Part shown: one piece after another, positions 40,828-52,546 of the stretch
How the letters are laid out: each line of letters begins with the position of its first letter
Numbering within the stretch: position 1 is the stretch's first letter
Source: Bacteroidota bacterium
Lineage (GTDB): Bacteria; Bacteroidota; Ignavibacteria; UBA10030; UBA8401
Length of the DNA stretch: 64,000 nucleotides
Direction of reading: 5' to 3'
NCBI GenBank assembly: GCA_021796215.1
Contig: JAJYOK010000006.1
Coordinates: forward strand, 201-64,200
The notes under the pieces: generated by a model
The model's input: the letters and a program-made list of their open reading frames with translations, nothing else
What the model was told of the DNA's origin: nothing
Database searches by the model: none
Program-made: the position numbers and the translations under genes

Positions 40828-41865
40828 TTACCGATTCGCAAAGCCGAGAAGAAAATGCATAATCGTCAGCGCGGCTAACCTGCACGTCCTTCCGTCTGCA
40901 TCGTACTTCGGATTGACTTCAGCAATATCCACAACCTTTGTCTTACGCCGCCTGCCGGCAAATTCTGCCGCAAGAAAAAATTCTTCCGGCGTCAGTCCTA
41001 TGGGATTCGGCGCACTGACTCCCGGCGCATCGGAACTGCGCACAGAATCCATATCGAAACTCATGTACAACGCATCGGTGGAGTTCGCGGCGATCTCGTG
41101 CGCGAGATCAAGAATTTTTGCAATGCCTTCCTTTTTCACTTCTTGAAGAGAAAAAATCGTCGCGCCGCGTTCTAGCAGCCAATCGTAATGCTCGCGTGCA
41201 TTCACAAAAGGCTGAATCCCGATTTCAACAAGGTTCATCGGCTGCAAGGCGTTGCCATGTCCGTCCCGCTGAAAATTTTCCGCGGTGAGCATTTGACGGA
41301 AGGATGTGCCGCTGTTGCGCAGCGGATTCGGCTTGCGCACATCGAGATGAGCGTCAATATTGATGACGCCGGTTTTTTTTATTGTACCGGAGAGCGCTGC
41401 GAAGATCGGGTATGCGATGTCGTGCCCGCCGCCGAGAACAATGGGAAAAATATTTTGCGCGAGAAGCCCGCTTACTGCAGCTTCCAGCCTCTCGTGCGTT
41501 TGTTCAAGCGTGGTGCCGGTTTTGATATTGCCGAAATCAAAAATGCGGAGATCGGAAATTTTAGTTCCACCCGCCGTTGCCGTGCTCGATTTCGACAGGG
41601 AGAACGGGGTTAGCTTGTAGAATGTTTTCCGGATCTCATCGGGCGCATCTTTCGCGCCGGGGCGCCCAAGATTTCTCTTTACGCCGCTGTTGTCCGGTAC
41701 GCCGATAATTCCAATATGAATATCAACGGAAAAATCTTTCCGTTTGTGCAGAACAAGGTCGCCCATCCGCGGATCGGCTTCATCTTTACGGGAAAAGTGA
41801 GCGCCAAAAAGTTCTGCCGGGGGTTCAGCAAGAAACTTCCACAAAATGTTGCTTTCAATGCTCAT
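40828..41865 (-). CDS. hutG: Formimidoylglutamase (arginase family)
   Basis: GRPGA...P..IR, LGGGHD, NIDAHLD, SGTSF, SFDMD, APGVSAP. Confidence 0.87.
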   Translation of the reverse strand: MSIESNILWKFLAEPPAELFGAHFSRKDEADPRMGDLVLHKRKDFSVDIHIGIIGVPDNSGVKRNLGRPGAKDAPDEIRKTFYKLTPFSLSKSSTATAGGTKISDLRIFDFGNIKTGTTLEQTHERLEAAVSGLLAQNIFPIVLGGGHDIAYPIFAALSGTIKKTGVINIDAHLDVRKPNPLRNSGTSFRQMLTAENFQRDGHGNALQPMNLVEIGIQPFVNAREHYDWLLERGATIFSLQEVKKEGIAKILDLAHEIAANSTDALYMSFDMDSVRSSDAPGVSAPNPIGLTPEEFFLAAEFAGRRRKTKVVDIAEVNPKYDADGRTCRLAALTIMHFLLGFANR

Positions 41866-41921
41866 TGCGGTTCGTATCAATAAAAGAATCTGAGAGGCTG
41901 GAAAAAGTGTAACCTCGTTTT

Positions 41922-42833
41922 CTAAAAAACGCTTACTTTCACATAGCGCCCCGGATTATCGCGCAGGTCTCTGATGAGTGCGTTCAAATTCACCGCGAGG
42001 CTGTCCATGTTGTTGTACAAATTATCTTCGCGCACTAATTTGCCGAGCGTTCCTTGCCCTTTTTGAATATTCGACAACACATAATCTAGCGACTGGGAGG
42101 TTCGCCGGAGGTTTTCCGATGTTTCATGCAGATTTTTCGTCACCATGCGAACTGTTGCGATGCTTGTATCAAGATTCGCGCGCTGAGAAAGTGCGATGGT
42201 GTCAAGGTTTGAGGCGAAGCGGGAAAGATTTGCGGAAAACTCTGCAAAATTTCCAATCGCATAATCGAGCCGCTTGCCTTCAGCCTGAATGAGCGCATCC
42301 AATTCAGAAGAAGAGCTGTTGACGTCCGACAAAATGCCTTGAATATGTTTCCGCGTTTTCTCGTCAAATGTCGTGTTCACACGTTCAAGAATGCCGAGCA
42401 CATTCGAGGAGATCGGCGCAAGTGTGGATGTCAACTCTGTCAAATCGGCTTCGTACGCACCGCTGAGCGAATCGCCGTCTTCTAACATTTTTGTTTGCAC
42501 GCCGGGCGAAATGGCGATCAGTTTTCCTCCCATAATGCTTGAACTTTTAATGTACGCTTTCGAGTCTTTCGGAAGCAGAACCTTTTTCTGAATGGAGACA
42601 TTGACGGCGATTGAAGTGCCGGCGAGCCTCATAGATTCCACTTTTCCAACGCTCAATCCGGCAACGGTGATCGGACTTCCTTCTGCCAAGCCGTTGACGT
42701 TGTTGTAGAAAATCGTGAGTGAGTACGCTTGCTTCTGCAAATCAATGCCGCGAAGGTACACCACGCCGCCGACAAACATCAGGGCAGCAAAAAAAATGGT
42801 GATGCCAAGTTTCGTTTCGTTGCTAAGTTTCAT
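41922..42833 (-). CDS. mlaD: MCE/MlaD family protein with long helical C-terminus
   Basis: N-terminal TM, NGLAEGSPITVAGLSVGKV MCE motif, GTLGKL. Confidence 0.88.
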   Translation of the reverse strand: MKLSNETKLGITIFFAALMFVGGVVYLRGIDLQKQAYSLTIFYNNVNGLAEGSPITVAGLSVGKVESMRLAGTSIAVNVSIQKKVLLPKDSKAYIKSSSIMGGKLIAISPGVQTKMLEDGDSLSGAYEADLTELTSTLAPISSNVLGILERVNTTFDEKTRKHIQGILSDVNSSSSELDALIQAEGKRLDYAIGNFAEFSANLSRFASNLDTIALSQRANLDTSIATVRMVTKNLHETSENLRRTSQSLDYVLSNIQKGQGTLGKLVREDNLYNNMDSLAVNLNALIRDLRDNPGRYVKVSVF

Positions 42834-42864
42834 AAGCGCTGCACCTCGTTTAATAGAATGGAGC

Positions 42865-42894
42865 TTCAGCTGAGACCGATCAGCCTATGGCTGA
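42865..42894. repeat. Double-hairpin repeat copy overlapping the mlaF stop codon
   Basis: TCAGCTGAGACCGA-TCAGCC-TAT-GGCTGA; its minus strand reads TCA GCC ATA GGC TGA = SAIG*. Confidence 0.65.
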
Positions 42895-43608
42895 GTTAAT
42901 ATATTTCCGTACTTCTTCGTTATCACTGTTCTGAATTTCTTCGCGCGTACCCGTCATCAGCGTAACTCCCTGATCGAGAATTGCAAAACGGTCGCCGACA
43001 ACAAACGCGCTGTGAATATCGTGCGTTACAACAATTGACGTCACACCTAACAATGTGCGCAGGTCGTTGATAAGAAGATTGATACCGTCCGCTGTTTCCA
43101 TATCGAGTCCGGTTGTCGGCTCATCGTACAGCACGTAGCGCGGCGTGAGCGCAATCGCCCGCGCCAGCCCGACGCGTTTTTTCATTCCACCGCTTAATGA
43201 TGACGGCATGACGCGGGTAACATTTTCAAGCCCGACAATGCTCAGCGCGTACTCGATGCGCTCCGTGATCTCTTCGTTGCTGTAGCCGGTGTGGCGCCGC
43301 AGCGAGAGCGCAATATTTTCGCCAACGGTCATTGAATCGAACAGCGCCGCTCCTTGAAACAGGAATCCAAATTTGAAACGGAGCGCCCGTAATTCCGGGT
43401 AGCTCATCTTCGTTACATCTTTGCCGTCGACGACGATGGCGCCGGAATCGGGTTTAATTAATCCGATAATCATTTTCAGCAGAACACTTTTTCCGCCGCC
43501 GCTTTTTCCCAAAACGACGAGCGTTTCCTTATCACGCACATCAAAGCTGACACCGCGAAGCACTTGCTTGCCGCTGAATTGTTTCCAGATGTTTTCAAGG
43601 CGAATCAT
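42880..43608 (-). CDS. mlaF: MlaF/Mkl-type ABC ATPase
   Basis: GKSGGGKS, LFQGAALFDS, LSGGMKKRVGLARA, YDEPTTGLD; ATGA overlap with mlaE. Confidence 0.93.
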   Translation of the reverse strand: MIRLENIWKQFSGKQVLRGVSFDVRDKETLVVLGKSGGGKSVLLKMIIGLIKPDSGAIVVDGKDVTKMSYPELRALRFKFGFLFQGAALFDSMTVGENIALSLRRHTGYSNEEITERIEYALSIVGLENVTRVMPSSLSGGMKKRVGLARAIALTPRYVLYDEPTTGLDMETADGINLLINDLRTLLGVTSIVVTHDIHSAFVVGDRFAILDQGVTLMTGTREEIQNSDNEEVRKYINSAIG

Positions 43609-44417
43609 AGCAGCACCGAAGCGAGCACAAAATCCATTACCACAACGGCGAGACATGTCAGCACGACGGTGTTCATTGTCGCTTTACCGACGCCTTCCGA
43701 ACCGCCTTCAACATGAAATCCCTGATAACACGCAATCGAAGTGATCATAAACCCGAACATTGTCGCTTTGATGATGCCGAAGACAGCATCGTACACTTCG
43801 AACGAGTCCTTCATTCCGTTAATGAATGCTTCGGGAGAAATATTTGCGACGAAGACGGAGCCGAGCAAGCCGCCGATCGCTGCAACGACGTCGCCAAACA
43901 CGATCAGTACCGGAAACATCACGACACCCGCCAGTACGCGCGGCGTAATGAGAAATGAAATCGGATCGAACGCCAGCGCTTCGAGTGCGTCAATTTGTTC
44001 TGTCACGCGCATGGTTCCTAATTCCGCCGTGATCGTTGCACCGACTTTTCCTGCGAGCACTAGCGCGGTGAGAAGCGGCGTCAGTTCGAGCAAAACGGAT
44101 TTGATGACGAGACTGCCGACAACGTTGCGCGGAATCCAGTCGTACAACTGATACGCGGACTGCACGGCGGTGACCATGCCGACAAAGGTGGAAACAAAAA
44201 TCACGATGGGAATGGAATCAACACCGATCTGCACCATTTGCTGAAAGATGTTGCGCGAATAGGTCCGCGCATCGCGTGCGTTCCGCAGCATCCACCAAAC
44301 GACATTGCCGTAGCCGCCGAGCGTTCCGAAAAATCTATTGCCGGCTTTGCCCAGCAGCGTGAACAATGCAAATGGCGACGTGGAGCTTTCGGAAATTGAT
44401 ACAGTTGATTCAGCCAT
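43605..44417 (-). CDS. mlaE: MlaE-type ABC permease
   Basis: AELGTMRVTEQIDAL, GGSEGVGKAT. Confidence 0.93.
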   Translation of the reverse strand: MAESTVSISESSTSPFALFTLLGKAGNRFFGTLGGYGNVVWWMLRNARDARTYSRNIFQQMVQIGVDSIPIVIFVSTFVGMVTAVQSAYQLYDWIPRNVVGSLVIKSVLLELTPLLTALVLAGKVGATITAELGTMRVTEQIDALEALAFDPISFLITPRVLAGVVMFPVLIVFGDVVAAIGGLLGSVFVANISPEAFINGMKDSFEVYDAVFGIIKATMFGFMITSIACYQGFHVEGGSEGVGKATMNTVVLTCLAVVVMDFVLASVLL

Positions 44418-44452
44418 ATTAATCCGTTTAGGACTTACCAATCAATTGTGGT

Positions 44453-44509
44453 TCAGCCAAAGATCGCGAAGGACTCCTTTGGAGCTGATCCGCCTCTGGC
44501 GGCGATGAC
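44453..44509. repeat. Double-hairpin repeat copy with a nested 21-bp insert, ending in GATGAC
   Basis: TCAGCCAAAG[ATCGCGAAGGACTCCTTTGGA]GCTGA-TCCGCC-TCT-GGCGGC-GATGAC. Confidence 0.65.
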
Positions 44510-44841
44510 AATGGCGGGTGCAACGTAAATTCGTGGTTAATATTGAAATTTGCCGATAGAAAAGCAAGGGGAGCGGTTGCCAAATAAGCAATGACTTATT
44601 TCTCAGCCAACAGCTCTGCTCGGACTTTACAATTGCGGGAAAAAGATACACATTGACGGCGTTCGGGTTTGTGGTCCGGCGATTTTCCGACGAGCCGGAA
44701 AAAGAGAAATGTAGCTTCAAAGTTTTTCAGTTAAACAAAATAGACATCATGGCGCCGGCGGCGACACCTCGCTCATTTGCCAAAAGATAATGCGCTGCGG
44801 ACGGGTAGCTCCCCACAATAAAACCCAACTCCCTCAAAACA

Positions 44842-44868
44842 ACAATGGCGCGTTGAACGCGCCATTGT
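44842..44868 (-). terminator. Intrinsic terminator of the coiled-coil protein gene
   Basis: 13-bp inverted repeat ACAATGGCGCGTT/AACGCGCCATTGT followed by TGTTTT on the minus strand. Confidence 0.7.
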
Positions 44869-44895
44869 CAAAAAACTGTGCATGCTTATTTGAAT

Positions 44896-46179
44896 CTAAT
44901 CCTGCGGTGCTACTCCGCGCGGCTTTCGAATTCTCCAGTACATTACGATCAGCAAAATAAGCATGACAACTGCAAGCCCGATGTACCACCACGTGCGCGG
45001 CGGCTGAATTGTAGCCTGCCATGCCGCCACTTTTGAGTTGAGATCGGTTACCTGCGCGTCGGTCAGTTTTGCGCTGTCATGCATCAGCGGCAGCCAAGTT
45101 TTCACGACAATCGGATTCCACACGCTGTCGGTAAATGTTGTGTAGGCGCTGTAACGCGCTTCTTTCGTTTCATTCGCCGTGTTGTTGATCTGGTCGTCCA
45201 AAAACGCCATCAGGTTGTTGTAAAATTCCGTCTCGTTGGAAAATTCCTGCACGGCAAAATTGCGCGCATGAAAAAGATGTTTAAGCGAGTGCCACATCGC
45301 TTCGTCCGCTTTCTGTCCCCAATAGGCGATCATCGTATCAATCGTAGTGACTTCCTTCTCCCGCTGTTTGGACGAAACGTAAATGCCCGCCAGCTTCGGT
45401 CCCAAGCCTTTCCAGTTTGATGCGAACTTTTTCTGCTCTCCGACAATTGCCGCAATGTCCTGATCTGAAAGAGTCGTTGCCTGAAGGAACGCAACATTAT
45501 CGGACACAGCGCGACGGATATTGTCAAGGGCGTTATTTCTTTCAAGATGCGAGACAAGGCTTTTCTTCGTGACGTCTTTCAACTGTGTAATATCTTTATC
45601 GTACTGCATAAAAATGCTGTCAACCATCGAAAAAATTACCTGATCGCGCCGGTGAATGTTTGTGCGCAATTGCGCAATGAGCGATTTCATCGAATCAATT
45701 GACTGCCTGTCCTGCGTTTGCTGTGCACGGAGTGACTGAATATCTTTCAGCATCTCGCCGTTTTCATTCGTCAGCTTTTCCACTTGGGTGGAAAGATCGT
45801 TCACCTGTGCTTCCAGTGCGGCAATGCGCGTTACCTGATCCTGAATCAGCCCGAGCGTGTTCTGTGTGTAGGCAAGCCTCCCGCGAATAATGATGAACGT
45901 TTTGTCGAAGTCGTCGGGATAAAGCGCTTTGTCGAGCAGTGCTTTGTTCGGCTTGTATTCTTTTTCCAGATCGTCAATACCCACCATGATGGCAGCACAA
46001 TCCTGCACCGTTTGTGCTTTTTCGATGGACTGCATCAGTTCTTTGTATTTCGTCTGAAAGTTTTGCGTCACCTCGTAATCCGATTGCTCCTGTTGAAAGC
46101 CCCATAAGGGTGCAGCAGCGAAGCTAACGAACATAAGGCTTGCAATGATTGCTGCAAAAAAACTTCTCGTCGGTTTCAT
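44896..46179 (-). CDS. Hypothetical exported coiled-coil protein with C-terminal TM anchor
   Basis: Signal peptide, long heptad region (IAALEAQVNDLSTQVEKL...), C-terminal TM followed by RIRK. Confidence 0.8.
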   Translation of the reverse strand: MKPTRSFFAAIIASLMFVSFAAAPLWGFQQEQSDYEVTQNFQTKYKELMQSIEKAQTVQDCAAIMVGIDDLEKEYKPNKALLDKALYPDDFDKTFIIIRGRLAYTQNTLGLIQDQVTRIAALEAQVNDLSTQVEKLTNENGEMLKDIQSLRAQQTQDRQSIDSMKSLIAQLRTNIHRRDQVIFSMVDSIFMQYDKDITQLKDVTKKSLVSHLERNNALDNIRRAVSDNVAFLQATTLSDQDIAAIVGEQKKFASNWKGLGPKLAGIYVSSKQREKEVTTIDTMIAYWGQKADEAMWHSLKHLFHARNFAVQEFSNETEFYNNLMAFLDDQINNTANETKEARYSAYTTFTDSVWNPIVVKTWLPLMHDSAKLTDAQVTDLNSKVAAWQATIQPPRTWWYIGLAVVMLILLIVMYWRIRKPRGVAPQD

Positions 46180-46655
46180 TGAGCGCCTCCTTTCGCTGCG
46201 GGACGTTGCGTTTGAATTCCTTCATCGTTCAGCAAAATCGGTTTATCTTTTCCGTTCAGTAATTCGATGTACGGCGGACGCTGGTTCATCGCTGGCGACG
46301 TAAGCCCTTTCTCCGACACCGGAATTTTTCTTTCTAATTTCAACGCGCTTTCCTTTGCCTCGAATACATACACGCTTTTGAATTTTGGCGCGGTGATGTA
46401 GTAATATCCTTTGCCGTCCCGGATAAGCCTGAGCGTCATTCCGCTGACATGCGTGGAGTCGTTCGTCTCCTCGAAGAACAGCGGCTTTACATTAATTATA
46501 ATATTGTAGCGGCTTTCCTCGACGGTGCCGTTATCGCTCACCTTCAGCACCGACTCCAACGGCCATGAATAATCTACCGGAGCGAGCGTAAGTGTTGAGC
46601 AGCCTGCACCACCGATGGCGAGACAAGCGCAGACCAAAATGTTTCTGAGTTTCAT
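46176..46655 (-). CDS. Hypothetical lipoprotein
   Basis: Lipobox GAGC; ATGA coupling to the downstream gene; AAAGGGA SD. Confidence 0.8.
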   Translation of the reverse strand: MKLRNILVCACLAIGGAGCSTLTLAPVDYSWPLESVLKVSDNGTVEESRYNIIINVKPLFFEETNDSTHVSGMTLRLIRDGKGYYYITAPKFKSVYVFEAKESALKLERKIPVSEKGLTSPAMNQRPPYIELLNGKDKPILLNDEGIQTQRPAAKGGAQ

Positions 46656-46762
46656 TGTGGTCCCTTTCTTCGTTGTGGTTGAGAATATTCTGTTTACCTG
46701 CGAATTCTGGTTCCCGCCGTTTCATTGGATGGCTGGCGGATATTATGATCGTCTTAATCTCT

Positions 46763-46792
46763 CGCGCCGAAGACGCATCAGCCATTGGCTGA
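46763..46792. repeat. Double-hairpin repeat copy downstream of gyrA
   Basis: CGCGCC-GAA-GACGCA-TCAGCC-ATT-GGCTGA. Confidence 0.65.
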
Positions 46793-46820
46793 GAATATTA
46801 TTTTCTGGATTCCTGCCGCG

Positions 46821-49460
46821 TTATTTCTTTTTTTTCTTCTTCGCTGCTTTAGCCGTCTTCGGAGCCGGCTTTGCGGCAGTTGTTTTTTTCTTCTGCGACG
46901 AAGGTGCGCTAACTTTTGGCTGATTCGGCTTTTCTTCGAAGAGTATTTCTTGTGCCGCTTTTTCTTTCTTCGGCGGTTCTTCCACAGGCGGAAGCGGTGC
47001 CGCTGTAGCCGGGGTTCCGTTGCCGTTCTCATCTTCTTCCGCCACAACAATTGCAATATCGGCAATGTGGTCGCCATCGTCAAGCCGTATCAGCCGCACG
47101 CCGGAAGTGTTCCTTCCGCTGAGGCGGATTTCGTTTGCATGCTGGCGAATAACTTTTCCCTGCGTCGTTACAACAACGATATCGTCCGTTTCAAGCGTTT
47201 CTTTGATGGCAATCATCTTTCCGGTTTTTTCGGTCGCCTTTACGGTGTAAATTCCCTTTCCTCCGCGATGGCTGACGCGATACTCACCAACCTCCGAGCG
47301 CTTGCCGTAGCCGTTCTCTGTCGCAACAAGAATTGATGTACCGGTGCGTTTCAATGTTACGGCGCCGACAACGCGGTCGCCTTTTGAAAGACTGACTGCG
47401 CGAACACCGGCGGCGCTTCGTCCCATTGAACGGACTTCTTTTTCATGAAAGCGGATCGCGAGCCCTTCGTGCGTTCCGATGATGATGTCCGACGTGCCGT
47501 CGGTCAACTTCACGTCTCTCAGGCGGTCCTTACCTTTCAGCGAGACGGCGGTAATACCGTTGCGCCGCGGATTGCTGAATTCCGCAAGTGATGTTTTCTT
47601 CACTAATCCTTCGGCGGTCACCATCAACACAAAATTCTTTTCGTCGAATTCTTTTACGGCGAGGAATGCCGTGATTTCTTCTGTCGGATCTTTGGCAATA
47701 AGATTGACGATTGATTTTCCTTTCGCCATCCGTCCGCCTTCGGGAATTTCAAAAACTTTCAGCCAGTAGCATCTTCCCTGGTCGGTGAAAAATAAAATAT
47801 AATTATGTGTGCTGGCTATGAAGACATGTTCGACAAAATCATCTTCACGCGATGCGGCACCGGTCACACCTTTGCCTCCGCGTGACTGCCGCCGGTAACC
47901 GCTCACCGGGTAGCGTTTAATATAGCCGCCATGGCTGATTGTGATCACAACTTCTTCCTGAGCGATCATGTCTTCAATGCGGAATTCTTCAAAATCGTAC
48001 ACGATTTCAGTGCGCCGCGCATCGGCATAATTCTTTTTGATCTCGAGCAATTCTTCCTTGATAATTTCCATCTGCAATTGTTTGCTGCCGAGAATCGCCT
48101 TCAGCTTGTTGATAAGTTTAATTGTCTCGCGGTACTCGTCTTCTATCTTCTTCCTCTCCAGTCCGGTTAGGCGCTGGAGACGCATATCAAGAATTGCCTT
48201 CGCCTGAATTTCCGACAATTTGAATTTCTTCATCAATCCGGTCTTGGCAGTCTCGACGTCTCTCGATGCTTTGATAAGTTTGATAATGGCATCAATGTTA
48301 TCGAGTGCAATGATGTAGCCTTCGAGAATGTGAGCGCGCGCTTCAGCGGCATCAAGGTCGAATTTCGTCCGGCGGACAATAACCTCGTTGCGATGCGCAA
48401 TGTATTTTTGCAGCATTTCCTGCAGCGTAAGAACGCGCGGACGTCCGTCTACGAGAGCAAGCATGATCACGCCAAATGTCGTTTGCATCTGCGTGTGCTT
48501 ATAGAGATTGTTCAAAATAACTGCGGCGTTCGCTTCACGCTTCAACTCGATGACAACGCGCAAGCCGTCCCGGTCCGATTCATCGCGAATGTCGGAGATG
48601 TCTTCAATCTTTTTCTCGCGCATCAATTCGGCAATTTTTTCGATGAGACTTGCCTTGTTGACTTGGTATGGAATTTCGGAAACAATGATGCTTTGGCGGT
48701 CTCCTTTTCCTGTTTCGATATTTGCCTTCGCTCGAACAAGGACTCGTCCGCGCCCGGTTGTGTATGCTTCCTTTACTCCTTCGTAACCGTAAATGATGCC
48801 GCCGGTCGGAAAGTCTGGCGCCTTGACATGTTTCATCAATTGCTGGGTGGTGATGTCGGGATTATCAATCATCGCAATGCAGCCGTCAATCACTTCGCCT
48901 AAATTGTGCGGCGGAATATTCGTCGCCATACCGACGGCGATTCCGCTTGTGCCGTTCACTAAAAGATTTGGAATGCGCGCAGGAAGGACAGATGGCTCTT
49001 GCAGCGTGTCGTCAAAATTGGAAACGAAATTAACGGTGTTCTTTTCGAGGTCGCGAAGCATTTCCTCTGCGAGGCGTGAAAGGCGGACTTCCGTGTACCG
49101 CATTGCTGCCGGCGAATCGCCGTCAATAGAGCCGAAGTTTCCCTGCCCGTCAACAAGCATGTAGCGCATCGAAAAATCCTGCGCCATGCGGACGATAGTA
49201 TCGTATACTGCGCTGTCGCCGTGCGGATGATACTTGCCGAGCACTTCACCGACAACGCGCGCGCTTTTTTTGTACGGACGTGTTGAGAGATTTCCCAGCT
49301 CTTGCATTCCGAACAGCACGCGCCGGTGCACCGGTTTCAGTCCGTCGCGCACATCGGGAAGCGCCCTTGCAACAATGACCGACATCGAGTAATCAATGTA
49401 CGATCCGCGCATTTCATCTTCGATATCAACAGGAATAATTCTTTCGTTTGTCGGTGCCAT
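46821..49460 (-). CDS. gyrA: DNA gyrase subunit A
   Basis: [25 protein letters not shown], catalytic AAMRYTE, GyrA-box QSRGGKG. Confidence 0.98.
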   Translation of the reverse strand: MAPTNERIIPVDIEDEMRGSYIDYSMSVIVARALPDVRDGLKPVHRRVLFGMQELGNLSTRPYKKSARVVGEVLGKYHPHGDSAVYDTIVRMAQDFSMRYMLVDGQGNFGSIDGDSPAAMRYTEVRLSRLAEEMLRDLEKNTVNFVSNFDDTLQEPSVLPARIPNLLVNGTSGIAVGMATNIPPHNLGEVIDGCIAMIDNPDITTQQLMKHVKAPDFPTGGIIYGYEGVKEAYTTGRGRVLVRAKANIETGKGDRQSIIVSEIPYQVNKASLIEKIAELMREKKIEDISDIRDESDRDGLRVVIELKREANAAVILNNLYKHTQMQTTFGVIMLALVDGRPRVLTLQEMLQKYIAHRNEVIVRRTKFDLDAAEARAHILEGYIIALDNIDAIIKLIKASRDVETAKTGLMKKFKLSEIQAKAILDMRLQRLTGLERKKIEDEYRETIKLINKLKAILGSKQLQMEIIKEELLEIKKNYADARRTEIVYDFEEFRIEDMIAQEEVVITISHGGYIKRYPVSGYRRQSRGGKGVTGAASREDDFVEHVFIASTHNYILFFTDQGRCYWLKVFEIPEGGRMAKGKSIVNLIAKDPTEEITAFLAVKEFDEKNFVLMVTAEGLVKKTSLAEFSNPRRNGITAVSLKGKDRLRDVKLTDGTSDIIIGTHEGLAIRFHEKEVRSMGRSAAGVRAVSLSKGDRVVGAVTLKRTGTSILVATENGYGKRSEVGEYRVSHRGGKGIYTVKATEKTGKMIAIKETLETDDIVVVTTQGKVIRQHANEIRLSGRNTSGVRLIRLDDGDHIADIAIVVAEEDENGNGTPATAAPLPPVEEPPKKEKAAQEILFEEKPNQPKVSAPSSQKKKTTAAKPAPKTAKAAKKKKKK

Positions 49461-49544
49461 AAGTTTATTTATTAATTTCGTCGTTTATATATTCGAATTT
49501 TTTCTAAGTGTGTGCTGCTGTCGCAATCTTAAGGGCGGCGTTTT

Positions 49545-52248
<2,704 letters not shown>

Positions 52249-52255
52249 TTAATAA

Positions 52256-52546
52256 TTATCGAAATCGAATATCTTTGATCGCTTCAGAATGCATTGCCGT
52301 ATGAATTTTTTCCAGAATTTCATCTTTCCGAAACACCAGCTCGGTTCGCCACGGTGCTGCGGTGACCCGCACAAAGAGAACGCCGTTTTCTATTTTTTCC
52401 ACATTTGAAATACGCGCAATTTGCTCTCCGACAAGCTCATTCCACAATTCAAAAACGCCGTACTGCTCTACCTTGGCTTCAATGCCAAGCTGCCGCAGGA
52501 GTGTGTCGAGCACGCTGCCGAGTGCTCGTGGTGCTTCGCTAATCAT
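52256..52546 (-). CDS. DUF721 / DciA-family protein
   Basis: W.ELVG..IA...LFVRV..APW..EL pattern at its typical position between recF and gyrB. Confidence 0.85.
   Translation of the reverse strand: MISEAPRALGSVLDTLLRQLGIEAKVEQYGVFELWNELVGEQIARISNVEKIENGVLFVRVTAAPWRTELVFRKDEILEKIHTAMHSEAIKDIRFR

Noticed and set aside
44442..44720. 92-aa minus-strand ORF upstream of mlaE
   Set aside because: TTG start without an SD, runs through a promoter-like site and repeats, and has no recognisable motifs.
44568..44814. tmRNA, RNase P RNA or SRP RNA assignment
   Set aside because: No T-arm/CCA end or credible tag peptide; AAAGTCCGAGC lacks the GAGG context and other RNase P motifs; no SRP domain IV loop.
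49200..49235. Quinolone-resistance substitution in GyrA
   Set aside because: HGDSAVYD retains the Ser83- and Asp87-equivalent residues.
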